A stretch of DNA of 64,000 bases from the human T2T-CHM13v2.0 reference genome, Homo sapiens: the NCBI RefSeq assembly GCF_009914755.1, contig NC_060946.1; one strand, written 5' to 3'. This document shows, piece by piece, positions 43,701-57,500 of this stretch. Made by a program: the position numbers and the translations under genes. Under the pieces are notes generated by a model that saw nothing but the letters and a program-made list of their open reading frames with translations, ran no database searches and had not been told where the DNA came from. How positions within the stretch are numbered: the stretch's first letter is position 1; each line of letters starts with the position of its first letter.

Positions 43701-46700
43701 GAGTGGAGTGGATTGGAGTGGAATGGAAAGGACTGGAAAGGAATGGAATGCAATGGAATGCAACGGATTGGAATGGAAGGGAATTAAATGGTGAAATGAA
43801 ATTGGAGCTAAGATTGTGCCACTGCACTCCAGTCTGGGTGACAGAGTGAGATCCAGTTGAAATAAAGGAACGGAAAGAAACGGAGTAGAATGGAATGGAA
43901 TGGAGAGGATTGGAAAGGAAAAAAGTGGAATGGAGTGGAGTGAGATGGAATGGAGTGGAGTGGAATGGATTGGAGTGGAAAGGATGGGAATGGAATGGAA
44001 TGCAATGGAATGGAATGGAGTGGAATGGGGTGGAATGGAGTGTAATGGATTGGTACGGAGTGGAATGGAATGGAATGGAGTAGAAAGGAGTGGAGTGTTA
44101 TGCAATGGAGTGGAGTAGCATGGAGTGGAGTGGAATGGAGTGGAGTGGATTGGAGTGGAGTTGAGTGGATTGGATTGAAGTGCAGTGGAATGCAATGGAT
44201 TGGAATGGAATGGAATGCAATGGAATAGAAGGGAGTGGAGTGGAGTGGAGTGTATTGGAATAGAGTTGAGTGGAGTGGAGACGAATGGAGTGGAATGGGG
44301 TGGAATGGAATGGAGAGGAGTCAAATGGAAAGGAATGGAATGGAATGGAGTGCAATGGAGTGGAATGGAGTGGAGTCAAATGGAAAGAAATGGAACGGAA
44401 TGGAGTGCAATGGAGTGCAAAGGAGTGGAATGCAGTGGAATGGAGAGGAGTGGTGTGCAATGGAGTGGAGTGGAAAGGAGTGGAGTGGAGCAGAGTTGAG
44501 TGGATTGGATGGCAGTGCAGTGGAATGGAATGGAATGGAATGGAATAGATTGGAGTGGATTGGAGAGGAATAGAGTGGAGTAGAGTGGAGTGGAATGGAG
44601 TGGAATGGGGTGGAAAGGAATGGAATGCATTTGAATGGAATCGAATGGAACGGAATGGAATGGAATGCAAAGGAATGTAGTGGAACGGAACAGAATGGCG
44701 TGGAGTGGATTGGAGTGGAGTTGAGTGGAGTGGATCGCAGAGCTGTGGAATGGAATGAAATTGGATGGAATGGAATGGAAGGGAAAGGAAAGGAATAGAA
44801 TGGTGAAATGAAATGTGAGCTAAGATTGTGTTACTGAACTCCAGACTGGTTGGCAGAGTGGGATCCTTTAGAAATAAAGGAGTGGAATGGAATGGAGTAG
44901 AATGGAAAGGAATGAAGTGGAGTGTAACGGATTGGAGTGGAGTGGAGTCGAATGGAGTGGAGGGAAATGGAGTGGATTGGAATGGATTGGAAAGGAGTGG
45001 AATGGAATGGAATATCAAGGAGTAGAATGGAATCGAATGGAGTGGAGTGGAATGGAGTGTAGTGGAATGGAGTGGAGTGGCTTGTAGTGCAATGGAGTGG
45101 AATGCCATGGAATGCAATGTAATGTAATAGAGTGGAATGGAATGGACTAGAGAGGAATGGAGTGGTGTGGATTGGAATGCAGTGGAGTGGAATGGATTGT
45201 AGTGTAATGGAGTGGAATTGAGTGGAAGTAAATGGAGTGGAATGGAGAGGAAAGGAAAGAATGGAGTGGAATGAAATGGAGTGGAGTGGAGTGGAATGCA
45301 GTGGCATACAGTGCAGTGTAATTGAGTGGAATGGAATGGAACGGAATGGAATGTAAAGGAAGGGAATGGAAAGGAATGTAGTGGAGTGGAGTGGAAAGGA
45401 GTGGAGTGAAATGGAATAGAGTGGAAGGGAACAGAATGGAACGGAGTGTAGTAGAGTGGATTGGAATAGAGTTCAGTGGAGTGGATTGGACTGCAGTGGA
45501 ATGGAATGGAATGGAATGGTATGGAGTTGAGTGGAGTGGAGTTTAGTGCAATGGAGTGGAATGGAGTGGAGTGGAGTGGAGTGAAATGGGGTGGAATGGA
45601 ATGGAGTAGAGTGGAATGCAATGGAATGGAATGGCATGGAATGGAAAGGAGTGGAAGGGAATGGAGTGGAGTGGAGGGGAGTGTAATAGAGTGGAGTGGA
45701 GTGGAATTGAGTGGAATGGAATGGAGTGGAATAGAGTGGAATGGAATGGAACGGATTGTAATGGAAAGGAACAGAAAACAACGGAGTGGAGTGGAGTGGA
45801 AAGGAATGGAGTGGAATAGAATGGAATGGAATGGATCTGATTGGAATGAAAAGGAACGGAGCAGAACGGACTGGAGTGGAGTGGAATGGAAAGGAGTGGA
45901 GTGTAATGGAATGGAGTATGATGGTATGGAAGGGAACAGAAGGGAATGGAATGGAATAGAACGGAGTGTAGTAGAGTGGATTGGATTGGACTTGAGTGCA
46001 GTGGATCGGACTGCAGTGGAATGCAATGGAATGGAATGGTATGGAGTCGAGTGGAGTGATTTTTATTGGAGTGGAGTGGAATGGAGTGGATTGGCACGGA
46101 GTGGAGTTGAATGGAGTGCAATTGAGTGAAATGGAATGGAATGGAGAGGAATTGAATGAAGTGGAACCGAAAGAAATGGAATGTAACAGATTGGAATGGA
46201 ACAGAACAGAATGGAGTGGAGTGGAGTGGAGTTGATTGCATCGGAGTGCAGTGGAATAGAATGGAATGCAATGGAATGGAATGGGATGGAATGGAATGGC
46301 ATGGAATGGCTAAACGAAATGTGAGTTAAGATTGTACCACTGGACTCCAGTCTGGGTGACATTGTGAGATCCAGTCGAAATAAAGGAATGGAAAAGAGTA
46401 GAAAGGAATAGAATAGAGTGGAGTGGAATGGAATGGAGTAGAGTGCAGTGGAATGGAGTTTAGTGGAAGGGAGTCAATTAGAATGGAGTGGAATGGAGGG
46501 GAATGGAAAGGAGTGGAATGGAATGGATTGGAATGGAGTGGAGTGGAGGGGATTGGAGAGGAATGGAGTGGAATGGAGTGGAATGTAGTGAAATAGAGTG
46601 GAGTGGATAGCAGTGCAATGGAACATAATGGAGTGGAATGGAACAGAATGGAATGGAATGGAAAGGATTGCAGTGGAGTGGAGTGGAGTTGAGTGGAGTG

Positions 46701-48570
46701 GAGTGGAGTTGAGTGGAGTGGATCGGAATGCAGTGGAATGGAATGGAATGGAAGGTAGTGGAGTGAAGTGGAGTGGAGTGGAATGTAGTAGAATGGAATG
46801 GAATGGAATGGAACGGAATGGAATGGAGTGGAGTGGAGTGGAATGTAGTGGAATGGAATGGAGTGGAATGGAAGGGAAAGGAACGGAATGGAATGGAACA
46901 GAATGGAATGGAATGGAATGGAATGGAACCCAATAGAACAAAGTGGAGTGGAATGGAGTGGTGTTGAGTGGAGTGGATTAGATTGCCATGGAGTGGAATG
47001 GAATGAAATGCAATGGAATGGAAAGGAGTGTAGGGAAAAGGAGTGGAGTGGAGGACATTCGAAAGGAATGGAATGGAATGGAATGGAATGGAATGGAATG
47101 GAATGGAATGGAATGGAAACGTGAACTGAAATGTGAGCTAAGATTGTGCCACTGCACTCCAGTCTGGGTGACAGAGAGGGATCCAGTCGAAATAAATGAA
47201 TGGAATGGAATGGAGTAGAATGGAAGGGCATGGAGTGGAGTGGAATGGAATGGAGGGGAATGGAGTGGAGTGGAGTCCAATGCAGTGTAGTAGAAAGCAG
47301 TGGAATGGAATGGAATAGAGTGGAGTTGAATTGCATGGAGTGGAATGAGTGGAGGGGAGTGGAATGGAGTGGAGTGGAGGGGAAATGAATGGACTGGAGT
47401 GGAATGGAGTGGGTTGGAATGGAGTGGAATAGAGTGGAATGGAATGGATTGGAGGAGGATGGACTGGAATGGAGTGGAGGAGGATGGACTGGAATGGACT
47501 GGAGGAGGATGGACTGGAATGGAGTGAAATGGAATGGAATGGAATGGAATGGAATAAGGTTGAATGGAATGGAACGAAATAGACCGGAACGGAATGGAAT
47601 GGAAAGGAGTGGAGAGGAGTTGAATGAAGTTGAGTTTAATGGATCAGAGTGCAGTGCAATGGAATGGAATGGAAGGGACTGGAATGGAGTGAAGTGGAGT
47701 GGATTGGAGTGGTGTGTACTGGAGAGGAGTGGAGTGGATGGGAGTGCAGTGGAGTGGAGTGGAATGGAGTGAAGTGGAATGCAATGGAATGGAATGAAAT
47801 GCAACGGAATCGAATGGAATGGAATGGAACAGATGAAACTGATTAGAGAAGAGTGTAGTGGGGTGGAGTGGAGAGGAGTCAAGTGGAACGGAATGCGATG
47901 GAATGAACTGGAATGGAATGGAATGGAGTGGAATAAAATGGAATGGAATGGTGAAATGAAATGTGAGCTAAGAATGTGCTACTACACTACTGTGCGGGTG
48001 ACAGATTGAGATCCAGTTGAAATAAAGGAATGTAATGGAATGGAGTAGAATGGAATGGAATGGAGTGGACTGGAATGGAATGGAGGGGAATGGATTGGAG
48101 TGGAGTGGAATGGAGTGGATTGGAATGGAGTGGAGTGGAACGGAGTGGAATGGAGTGGAATGGAATGGAATGGAGTGGAATGGAATGGAATGGAGTGGAA
48201 TGGAGTGGAGTGGAATGGAGTGGAGTGGAATGGAGTGAACTTGAGTGGAACAGAATGGAGTTTAGTGGAGTGCAGTGGAGTGGAATGGAATGGAATTCAG
48301 TGGCATGCAATGGAACAGAATGGAACAGAATGGAACGGAGTGGAGTGGAGTGGAGTGCAGTGTATCGGAGTGCAGTGGAATGGAATGAAGTGGAATTGAA
48401 TGGATTTTAGCAGAGTTGAGTGGAGTTTAATGTAGTGGAGTGGAATGGAGTGTAGTGGAGTGGAGTGGAATGGAGTGGAACAGAAAGGGGTGGAATGGTA
48501 CTGAATGGAGTGGGGTCGAGTGGAGTGGAATGGAGTGGACTGCAATGCAGTGGAATGGAATGGAATGGAA
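22791..48570 (+). repeat. Human satellite 3-like (GGAAT/GGAGT)n array, domain A (cassette-containing)
   Basis: Degenerate pentamers GGAAT, GGAGT, GCAGT, GGATT, TGAGT. The plus strand is G/A-rich and C-poor throughout. Confidence 0.92.
23438..48027 (+). repeat. 27 dispersed copies of a ~77-bp Alu-3'-end-derived cassette within the satellite
   Basis: Consensus GTGAAATG(T/A)AATGTGAGCTAAGATTGTGCCACTGCACTCCAGTCTGGGTGACAGAGTGAGATCCAGTCGAAATAAAG. Starts at about 23438, 24355, 24901, 25538, 25954, 26321, 27248, 27824, 28593, 29888, 31669, 32251, 33342, 34638, 35564, 36840, 37942, 38434, 39976, 41569, 42312, 42680, 43791, 44803, 46309, 47121, 47951. Confidence 0.92.
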
Positions 48571-51500
48571 TGGAATCACATGGAATCGCAAGTGAACGAA
48601 TCAAAAGGAATGGAAAAGAATGGAATGGAAAGAATGGAATAAAATAGAATCGAATGGAATTGAACGGAAAAAACGGAATCAAACGGAATCAAATGGAATT
48701 GAATCTAATGGAATCAAATGATATCAAATGCAATAGAATGGAATGCAATGAAGTGGAGTGGAGTAGAATGGATTGGAGTGGAATGGGTTAGAATGAAATT
48801 GAATGGTGTGGAGAGGAATGGAGTGGAATGGAGTGGAATTGAATGAAAAGGGAAGGAATGGAATTGAACGGTGTGTAGTTGGGTGGAGTCGAGTTGCATG
48901 CAATGAAGTGGAGTGGAATGCAGTGGAATGGAACGGATTCTAATGGAGTGGATTGCAATGGAATGAAGTGGAGAGGAATGAAGTGGAATGGAAGAGTGGA
49001 GTGGAGTGGAGTGGAGTGGACTGGAGTGGATTGGAGTAGAATGGAATGGAATGGAGCTGAGTGGAATGGAGTGGCGTGGAATGTAGTGCAGTGGAGTGGA
49101 GTGGAGTGGAATCAAATAGAATGGAGTGGAATGGAATGGAATCACATAGTATCGCATGGAATCGCAGGGAAACGAACCAAATCGAATCGAATCGAATCTA
49201 ATCAAATTGAATCGAATTAAATCAAAAGAAATTGAATGTAATCGAATGAAATCGAATGGACAAAATGGAATCAAATGGCATAGAATTGAAAGGAATCAAA
49301 CGGCATCAAATGAAATCGAATGGAATGTGGAGAGGTGGAGTGGAGTCTAGTGGAATGGAGTGGAATGGAATGGCGTGTAATGGATTTGTATAGAGTGGAG
49401 TGGAGAGGAATGAACTGGAATGGAATGGAATGGGAAGGAATGGAATTGAACATAGTGTAGTGGAGTGGAGTTGATTGGAAAGGAATGGAATGAAATGAAA
49501 TGGAATGGAATAGAATCAAATGGAATCAAACGGAATCAAATGGAATGGAATCGAATGGAATGGAGTCGAATAGAATCGAAAGGAATCCAATAGAATCAAA
49601 AGGAAAAAATGGAATCAAAAGGAATCGAACGGAATCAAACTGAATGTAATCAAATGGCATCAAATAGAGTCAAATAGATTGCGGTGAAGTGAAGTCGAGT
49701 GGAGTGGAATGGAATGGAATGGAAGGGAATGGAATCACATGGAATTGCATGCAATCGGATGGAAATGAACCGAATCAATTCGAATAGAATCAAATTGAAT
49801 TAAAATCAGTCGAATGGAATTGAATGGAATCGAATGGAAAAAATGGGATTGAATGGGACTGAATGGAATCGAATCGAATGGAATCCAGTGGCATCGAATT
49901 GAATGGAATGGAGTGTGGTGAAGTGGAGCAGATTGGAGTGTAATGGAGTGGAATGGAATAAAGTGGAATGGAATAGACTGGATTGGAGTGAAGTGCAGTG
50001 GAATGGAGTGGAGTGGAATGGATTGGAGTGGAATGGATTGGAAGGGAATTGAATGGAATGGAATGAAATGGAATGGAATGGAATGGAATGTAACCGCATG
50101 GAATTGCATGGAAAAACATCTAATCGAATCAAATTGAATCAAATGCTATCAAATGGAATTGAATTTAATCGAATGGAATTGAATGGACAAAAGGTAATCA
50201 AATGGTATTGAATGGAATCGAATTGAAAGGAATCAAATGGCATCGAATGGCACCGAATGGAATGCGGAGAAATGAAGTGGAGTGGAATGGAGTGGATTGG
50301 ACTGGAGTGGGATGGAATTGAATGGAGTGGGGTGAATTGGAGTGGAGTAGAATGGAATGGAATGGAGTGGAGTGTATTGGAGTGGAATGGAATGGAATGA
50401 AACGGAAAGGAATGCAATGGAATGGAGTTGAGTTGAATACACTGGAGTGGAATGGATTGGAGTGGAGTGGAATGGAGTAGAGTAGAATGGAGTGGAATGT
50501 AATGGATTGGAGTGGCGTGGAATGGACTGGAGTGGAAGGCAGTGGAGTGGAATGGAATGGAATAGAATGGAATCCCATGGAATCGCATGGAATCGCATGG
50601 AAACGTATCCAATCGAATCGAATCGAATTGAATGAATCTAATGTAACTGAATTTAATCTAATGGAAGAGAATGGACAAAATTTAATCGAATGGAATCGAA
50701 TGGAATCGAATTGAAAGGAATCGAATGGCATGTAATGAAACCGAACGGAATGTGGAGAAGTGAAGTGGAATGGAGTGGAATGTAATGGAATTGAATGGAA
50801 TGAAATGGAATGGAAAGGAATAGAATGCGGCAAAGTGGAGTGGAGAGGAGTGCAATGGAATGGAGTGGAGTGGATTGGAGTGGAATGGAATGGAATAGAG
50901 TGGGGTGAATTGGAGTGGAGTGGAATGCAATGGAATGGAGTGGAGTGTATTAGAGTGGAATGGAATGGAATGAAATGGAATGGAATGGAATGGAATGGAA
51001 TGGAATGGAATGGAATGAAATGGAATGGAATGGAATGGAATGGAATGGAATGGAATGAAATGGAATGGAATGGGATGGAATGGAATGGAGTGGAATGAAT
51101 TTGGGTTGAATGCAGTTCAGTGGAATGGATTTGAGTGGAGTGGAGTGGAATGGAGTAGAATTGAGTGGAGAGGAATGGATTGGAGTTGAGTGGAATGAAG
51201 TGGAATGGACTGGAGTTGAATGGAGTGGAGTGAGGTGGACTCGACTGTAATTGAATTGAACAGAGTGCAGTGGAGTGGAGTGGAATGGATTGGATTGTAA
51301 TGGAATGTAATCAAATACAGTGGAGTGGAGTGGAATGGAATGGAATAGACTGGAATGGAAAGTGGGGGAATGGAATTAAAACTAGTGGAGTGCACTGGAG
51401 TGGAGTGGATTGGTGTGGAGTGGAATGGAGTGGAGAACAGTGGAGTGGAATGGAGTGGAGTGGAATGGAGTGGAGTGGAATGGAGTGGCTTGGAGTGGGG

Positions 51501-54500
51501 TGTAGTAGAGTGGAATGGAATGGAATGGAATGGTATCACATGGAATCACACGCAATCACATGTAATCAAATAGAATCGAATGGAATCGAATGCAGAAAAT
51601 CGAATCAAATGTAATGCGGTGGAGTGGAGTGGAGTGGAAAGGAGTGGATTGGAATGTGGAGAAATAGAATTGAATGGAGTGGAGTGAATGGAATGGAACG
51701 GAATGGAATGGCATCGGATTGGATCGCATGGAATCGCATGAAAACGAATCAAATCGAATCATATCAAATGTATTGGAATTGAATGGAAACGAATGGAAAA
51801 AATGGAATTGAATTGAATCAAATGGAATCAAATCGAATGGTATCGAATGTCATGGAATGGAATGGAATGAAATGAGCGTAGTGGAGTGGAATGGAATCGA
51901 GTGGAATAGAATAGGGTGGAATGGAATTGGTTGAAGAGGAGTGGAGTGGAAAGGTATGGAGCGGTTTGGATTGGAATGGAATGGAATGGAATGGAATCGC
52001 ATGGAATCACATTGAATCGCATGGAAATGAATCGAATCGAATAGAATCGAATCGAATGGAATCGAATGGACAAAATGGAATTGAATGGAATCAAATAGAA
52101 TTGAAACAAATTGAATCGAATGGCATAGAATGGAATTGAGTGGAATGCCGTGAAATGGTGTGAATTGGAGTGGAATGGAGTGGAGTGGGATAAAATGGAA
52201 GGAAATGGAACGTAATGTAAGGGAAAGGAGTGTGGTGAAATGGAGTGGAGTGGAGTGGAAAGAAATGGGGTGCAATGGAATTGAATTCATTGGAGTGGAG
52301 TACAGTGGAATGGAGAGGAGTGGAATGAAGTGTAATGGAATCGCAAGGAATCGAAGCGAAGCGAATCGAATCAAATTGAATTGATTGGAATCTAATGGAA
52401 TCGAATGAAATCAAATGGAAAAATGGAATCAAATTGAATCGAATGGAATCGAGTCAAAAGAAATAGAATGGCATCGAATGGAATGGAAAGGAATGCGGTG
52501 AAGTGGAGTGGACTGGAGTGGAATGGAGTGGAATGGAATGGGGTGGAATGGAATTGAATGGAGGGGAGTGGTGTGGAGTCCAATAGAGTGGAGTGGAATG
52601 GAGTGGAATAAATGGAATGGAATAGAATGGAATTGCATGGATTCGCATGGAAACGAATTGAATCGAATGGAATCAAATAGAATTTAATGGAAAAAATGGA
52701 ATTGAATGGAATCAAATGGAAAAAATGGAATCAAAAGAAATCGAATATAATCGAAACGAATAGATTCGAATTGAATGGAAAGGAATGGAAAACGAAGAAG
52801 TAGAGTGCAGTGAAGTGCAATGGAGTGGAATGGAATGGCAAAGAATAGAATTGAATGGATTGGAGTGGAGTGAAGTGCAATGGAGTGGAGTGGAATGGAA
52901 TTGAGTAGAATGGAGAGGAGTGGAATGCAATGGAAGGGAATGGAATGGAATGGAATGGAATCACATGGAATCGCATGGAAGTGCATGGAAACGAATCCAA
53001 TTGAATCAAATTGAATCAAATGGAATCGAATGGAATCGAATTTAATCAAATGGAAATGAAGGGATAAAATTGAATCAAACGGAATCGAATGGAATTGTAT
53101 CAAAAGGAATCCAATGGCATCGATTGGAACCAAAAGGAATGTGGTGGAGTGAAGTGCAGTGGAGTGTAATAGAGTGGAATGGAAAGTGGTGGAATGGAAT
53201 TGAGTGCAGAGGAGTGGAATGGAGTGGAATGGAGTAGAATGGAATGCAATTGGAAGGAATGGAATTGAACTGAGTGGAGTAGAATGGAGTGGAGTGGAGT
53301 GGAGTGGAATGCAGTGGAGAGGAATGGAGTGGAATAAAATGGAGGGGAAAGCAGTGAATTTGAATGAAATGGAGTGGAGAAGAATGGGGTGGAATGGAGT
53401 GGAGTGGAGTGGAGTGCAGTGGAATAGAATGGAATGGAAAGGAATGGAATCACATGGAAATGAATCGAATCGAACAGAATCAAATGGAATAGACTTTAAT
53501 CGAATGGAATCAAATGGACAAAATGGAATCGAATGGAATCGAATCGAATGTAATCAAATGGCATTGAGTGGAATCGAATTGAATGTGGTGAAGTGAAGTA
53601 GAGTGGAGTTGATTGGAGGGTAATGGAATGGGGTATAATGGAATTGAATGCAGTGGAAGGGAATTGAGTGGAATGGAGTGGAATGGAATGGAAAGAAAAG
53701 GAATGGAACAGAATGGAGTGGAGTGGAGTGGTGTGGAATGGAGTGTAGTGGAATGGATTGGAATAAAATGGAGTGGATTGGAGTGGATTTGAATGGAATG
53801 CAGTGGAGAGTAAAGGGGTGGAATGGAGTGGAGTGGAGTGGAATGGAATGGAATGGAATGGAATCAAATGGAATCGATTGGAATCAAATGGAAAATAAGG
53901 AAGCGAATGGAATCAAATGGAATAGAATGGAATTGAATGGAAACAAAAGGAACTGAAGGAAATCGAATTGAATGGAATCGAATGGCATCGTTTTGAATGG
54001 AAAGGAATGGTATGTGGTGTACTGGAGTGGACTGGAGTGGAATGGAATGAGGTGGAATGGAATTGAATGGAGTGGAGTGGATTGGAATGTTGTGGAATGG
54101 AATGGAATGGAATAGAAAGGAATGGAATTCAACGAAATGGAGTGGAGTGGATTGGAATGGAATGGAGAGGAGTGGAATGCAGTGGAATGGAATGGAATGG
54201 AAAGGCGTGGACTGGAGTGGAGTGGATTGGAATGGAATAGAATGGAATGAATTGGAATGGATTGGAATCACATGGAATTGCATGGAATTGCATGGAATCG
54301 AATCGAATGGAATGGAATGAAATCGAATGGAATCGAATGTAAATGAATGGAATTGACTCCAATGGCATTGAATGGAATCGGGTGGAATGTGGTGACGTGG
54401 AGTAGAGTGGATTAGAATGGAGTGGAATGGAATGGGGTGGAATGGAATTCAGTGGAGTGCAGTGGAGGGGAGTGGAATGGAATGGAATGGTATGGAATGG

Positions 54501-57500
54501 GAGGACATGGAATCTCATGGAATCACATGGAAACAAATCGAATCATGCTGAATCGAATCAAATGGAATTGAATGGAATCAAATGGAAAAAAGGAATCGAA
54601 CGAAATTGAATGGAATGGAATCCAATGTAATCGAATGACATCGAATGGAATGGAATGGAGTGTGGTGGAATGGAATGGAATGGATTGGATTGGAATGGGG
54701 TGCAATGGAATTGAATGGAGCAGAGGGGAGTGGAGTGGAATATAGTGGAGTGGAATGGAGTGCAATGGAATGGAATGGAGTGGAGTGGATTGGAATGGAA
54801 TGGAGTGGAGAGGAATGGAGTGGAATGGAATGGAGTGGAGTGGATTGGAGTGGAGTGGAATGGAATGGAATGGAATGAAATCGAATGGAATTCAATGGAA
54901 TGAAATCAAATGGAAAGGAATGGAATGGAACAGAATCGAAAGGAATAGAATGGAATTGAAGGGAAGAAATGGAATCGAATGGAATTGAATGGAACATGAT
55001 ATAATGGAATGAAATGGCATCTAATAGAATCGAGTGGAATGCAGTGAAGTGGAGTGGACTGGAATGGAGAGAAATGGAATGGTGTGCAATGTAATTGAAT
55101 GGAGTGGAGTGGTTTGGAATGCAATGGGAAGAAATGAAATTGAGCAGAGTGGAGTGGAGTGGATTGGATTGGAGAGGAGTGAAATGGATTGGTGTGGAGT
55201 GGAGTGGAGTGGAATGGAATAGAAAAGAATGGAATGAAATGGAATGGATTTGCATGGAAACGCATGGAACTGGATGGAATTGAATCGAATTGAATGGAAT
55301 CAATTGGAATGGAAAGGAATCGAATGGAATTGAATGGAAAAAAATGGTAACGAATGGAATCGAATGGAAATGAATCAAATTAAATTGAATGGCATCGAAT
55401 GGAATGTGGTACAGTGGAGTGGAGTGGAATGGAGTGGAAAGGAATGGAGTGGAATGGCATTGAATGGAGTAGGGTGGAGTGGAGTGGAATGTAATGGAGT
55501 AAAATGGAGTGGAGTGGAATGGCATGGATTGGATTGGATTGGAATGGAATGTAAGGGAATGGAATGGAATGCAATCACATGGAATCGCATGGAAACAAAT
55601 CAAATGGAATCGAATCAAATCAAATTGATTCGACTGGAATCGAATGGAATGGAATTGAAAAAATGAAATCCAATGGAATCGAATGAAATCGAATCGAATT
55701 GAATTGAATCAAATGGCATCACATGGAATCGAATTGAATGCGGTGAAGTGGAATGAAGAGGAATGGAGTGAAATGGATTGGGGTGGAATGGAATTGAATG
55801 GAGTGGAGTGGAATTGGGAGGAATGGAGAAGAATGATAAGGAATGGAAGGGAAAGGTGTGGAGTGGAGTGGACAGGAGTGGAGTTGAATGGAGTGGACTG
55901 GAAAGGACTGGAATGGAATGGAGTGGAATGGAGAGGATTGGAATGGAATTGAGTGGAATGGAATGGAGTGGAGTGTAGTGGAGTGGAGTGGAGTGGAATA
56001 AAATGGAATAGAATGGAATGGAATGGAATTTAATGGAATGGAATCAAAAGACATCGAATGGAATGGAATAGAGAAGAATGGAATGGAATGGAGTCGAATA
56101 GAATTGAAAGAAATCAAATGGTATCGAATGGAAAAAATGGAATTGAATTCAATGGAATGGAATCAAATCGAATGGAATCGAATGGAATGTGATGTAGTGG
56201 AGTGGAATGGAAAGGAGTGGAATCGATGCAGGTGGAATGGAATAGAATGGAGTGGATTGGAGTGGAGTGCACTGGAATGGAGTGTGGTGGATTCAACTGG
56301 AATGGAATGGAAAGGAATGGAAGGGAGATGAATCGAATGGAATGAAATGGAATGGGAAGGAATGGAATTGAACGGATTGAAGTGGAGTGGTGTGGAGAGG
56401 AGTGGATTGGAGTGGAGTGGAATGCAGTGGATTGGAGTGGAATGTAAAGGAGAGCAGTGGAATGGAATGGAGTGGAGTGGAATGGAGTGGCGTGCAGTGG
56501 ACTGGAGTGGATTGAAAGAGAATGGAATGGAATTGAATGGAATGGAATGGAATCACGTGGAATCGCAAGAAAATGAATCGGAAGGAATCCAATGGAATGG
56601 AATGGAATCGAATGGAATTTAATGGAAAAAATGGAAACGAATGGAATCGAATGGAAATGAATTGAATGGAATCAAATGACAACGAATGGAATCGAATGAT
56701 ATGCGGTGAAGTGAAGTGCAATGGAATGCAGTGGAATGGAATGGAGTGGAGTGGAATGCAGTGGAATGAAATGGAATGAAATGGAGTGGAATGGAATCAC
56801 ATGGAATCTTATGGAATGGCATGGAAACAAACCAAATATTATAGAATTGAATTGAACGGAAACGAATGGCATTGAATGGAATTGAATGGAATACGGTGAA
56901 GTGGAGTGGAGTGGAATGGAGTGGAATGGAATGGAGTGGAATGGAATAGAATGGAGTGCAGTGGAGATGAGAGGAATGGATTGGAATGGAATGGAATGGG
57001 AAGAAATGGAATTCAACAAAGTGGAGTGGAATGTAGTGGAGTGGAATGGAAGGAGTGAAGTGGAATTGAGTGGAGTAGAATGGAATGGAATGGAGTGGAT
57101 TGGAATGGAAAGGAGTGGAGACAAATGGAGTGGAAGGGAATGGATTGGAGTGGAGTCAAGAGATGTGGAATGGAACAGAATGGAATGGAAAGGAATGGAA
57201 TCGAATAGAATGGAATCGATTTGAATGCAGTCAAATGGAATCAAAAGGAATTGAAAGGAATCAAATGAAATCGAATGGAAAAATTGGAATCAAATAGAAT
57301 CGAGGCGAATGGAATCAAATGGCATCGAATGGAATTGAATAGAATGTGGTGAATTGGAGTGGAGTGGAGTGGAATGGAATGGAATGGATTGGGGTGGAAT
57401 GGAATAGAATGGAGTGGAGTGAAGTGGAATGGAGTGGAAGGGATTGGGGTGGAATGGAATAGAATGGAGTGGAGTGGATTGGAATGGAATGGAAAGGAGT

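Noticed and set aside
23438-48027. CRISPR-like repeat/spacer appearance of the cassette array
   Set aside because: Primate DNA; the repeats are 77-bp Alu-derived; the spacers are 0.3-1.7-kb simple satellite rather than unique sequence; no cas genes.
23438-48027. 27 independent Alu insertions or Pol III RNA genes
   Set aside because: Identical breakpoints, shared mutations, no TSDs, and no Alu left-arm A/B boxes.
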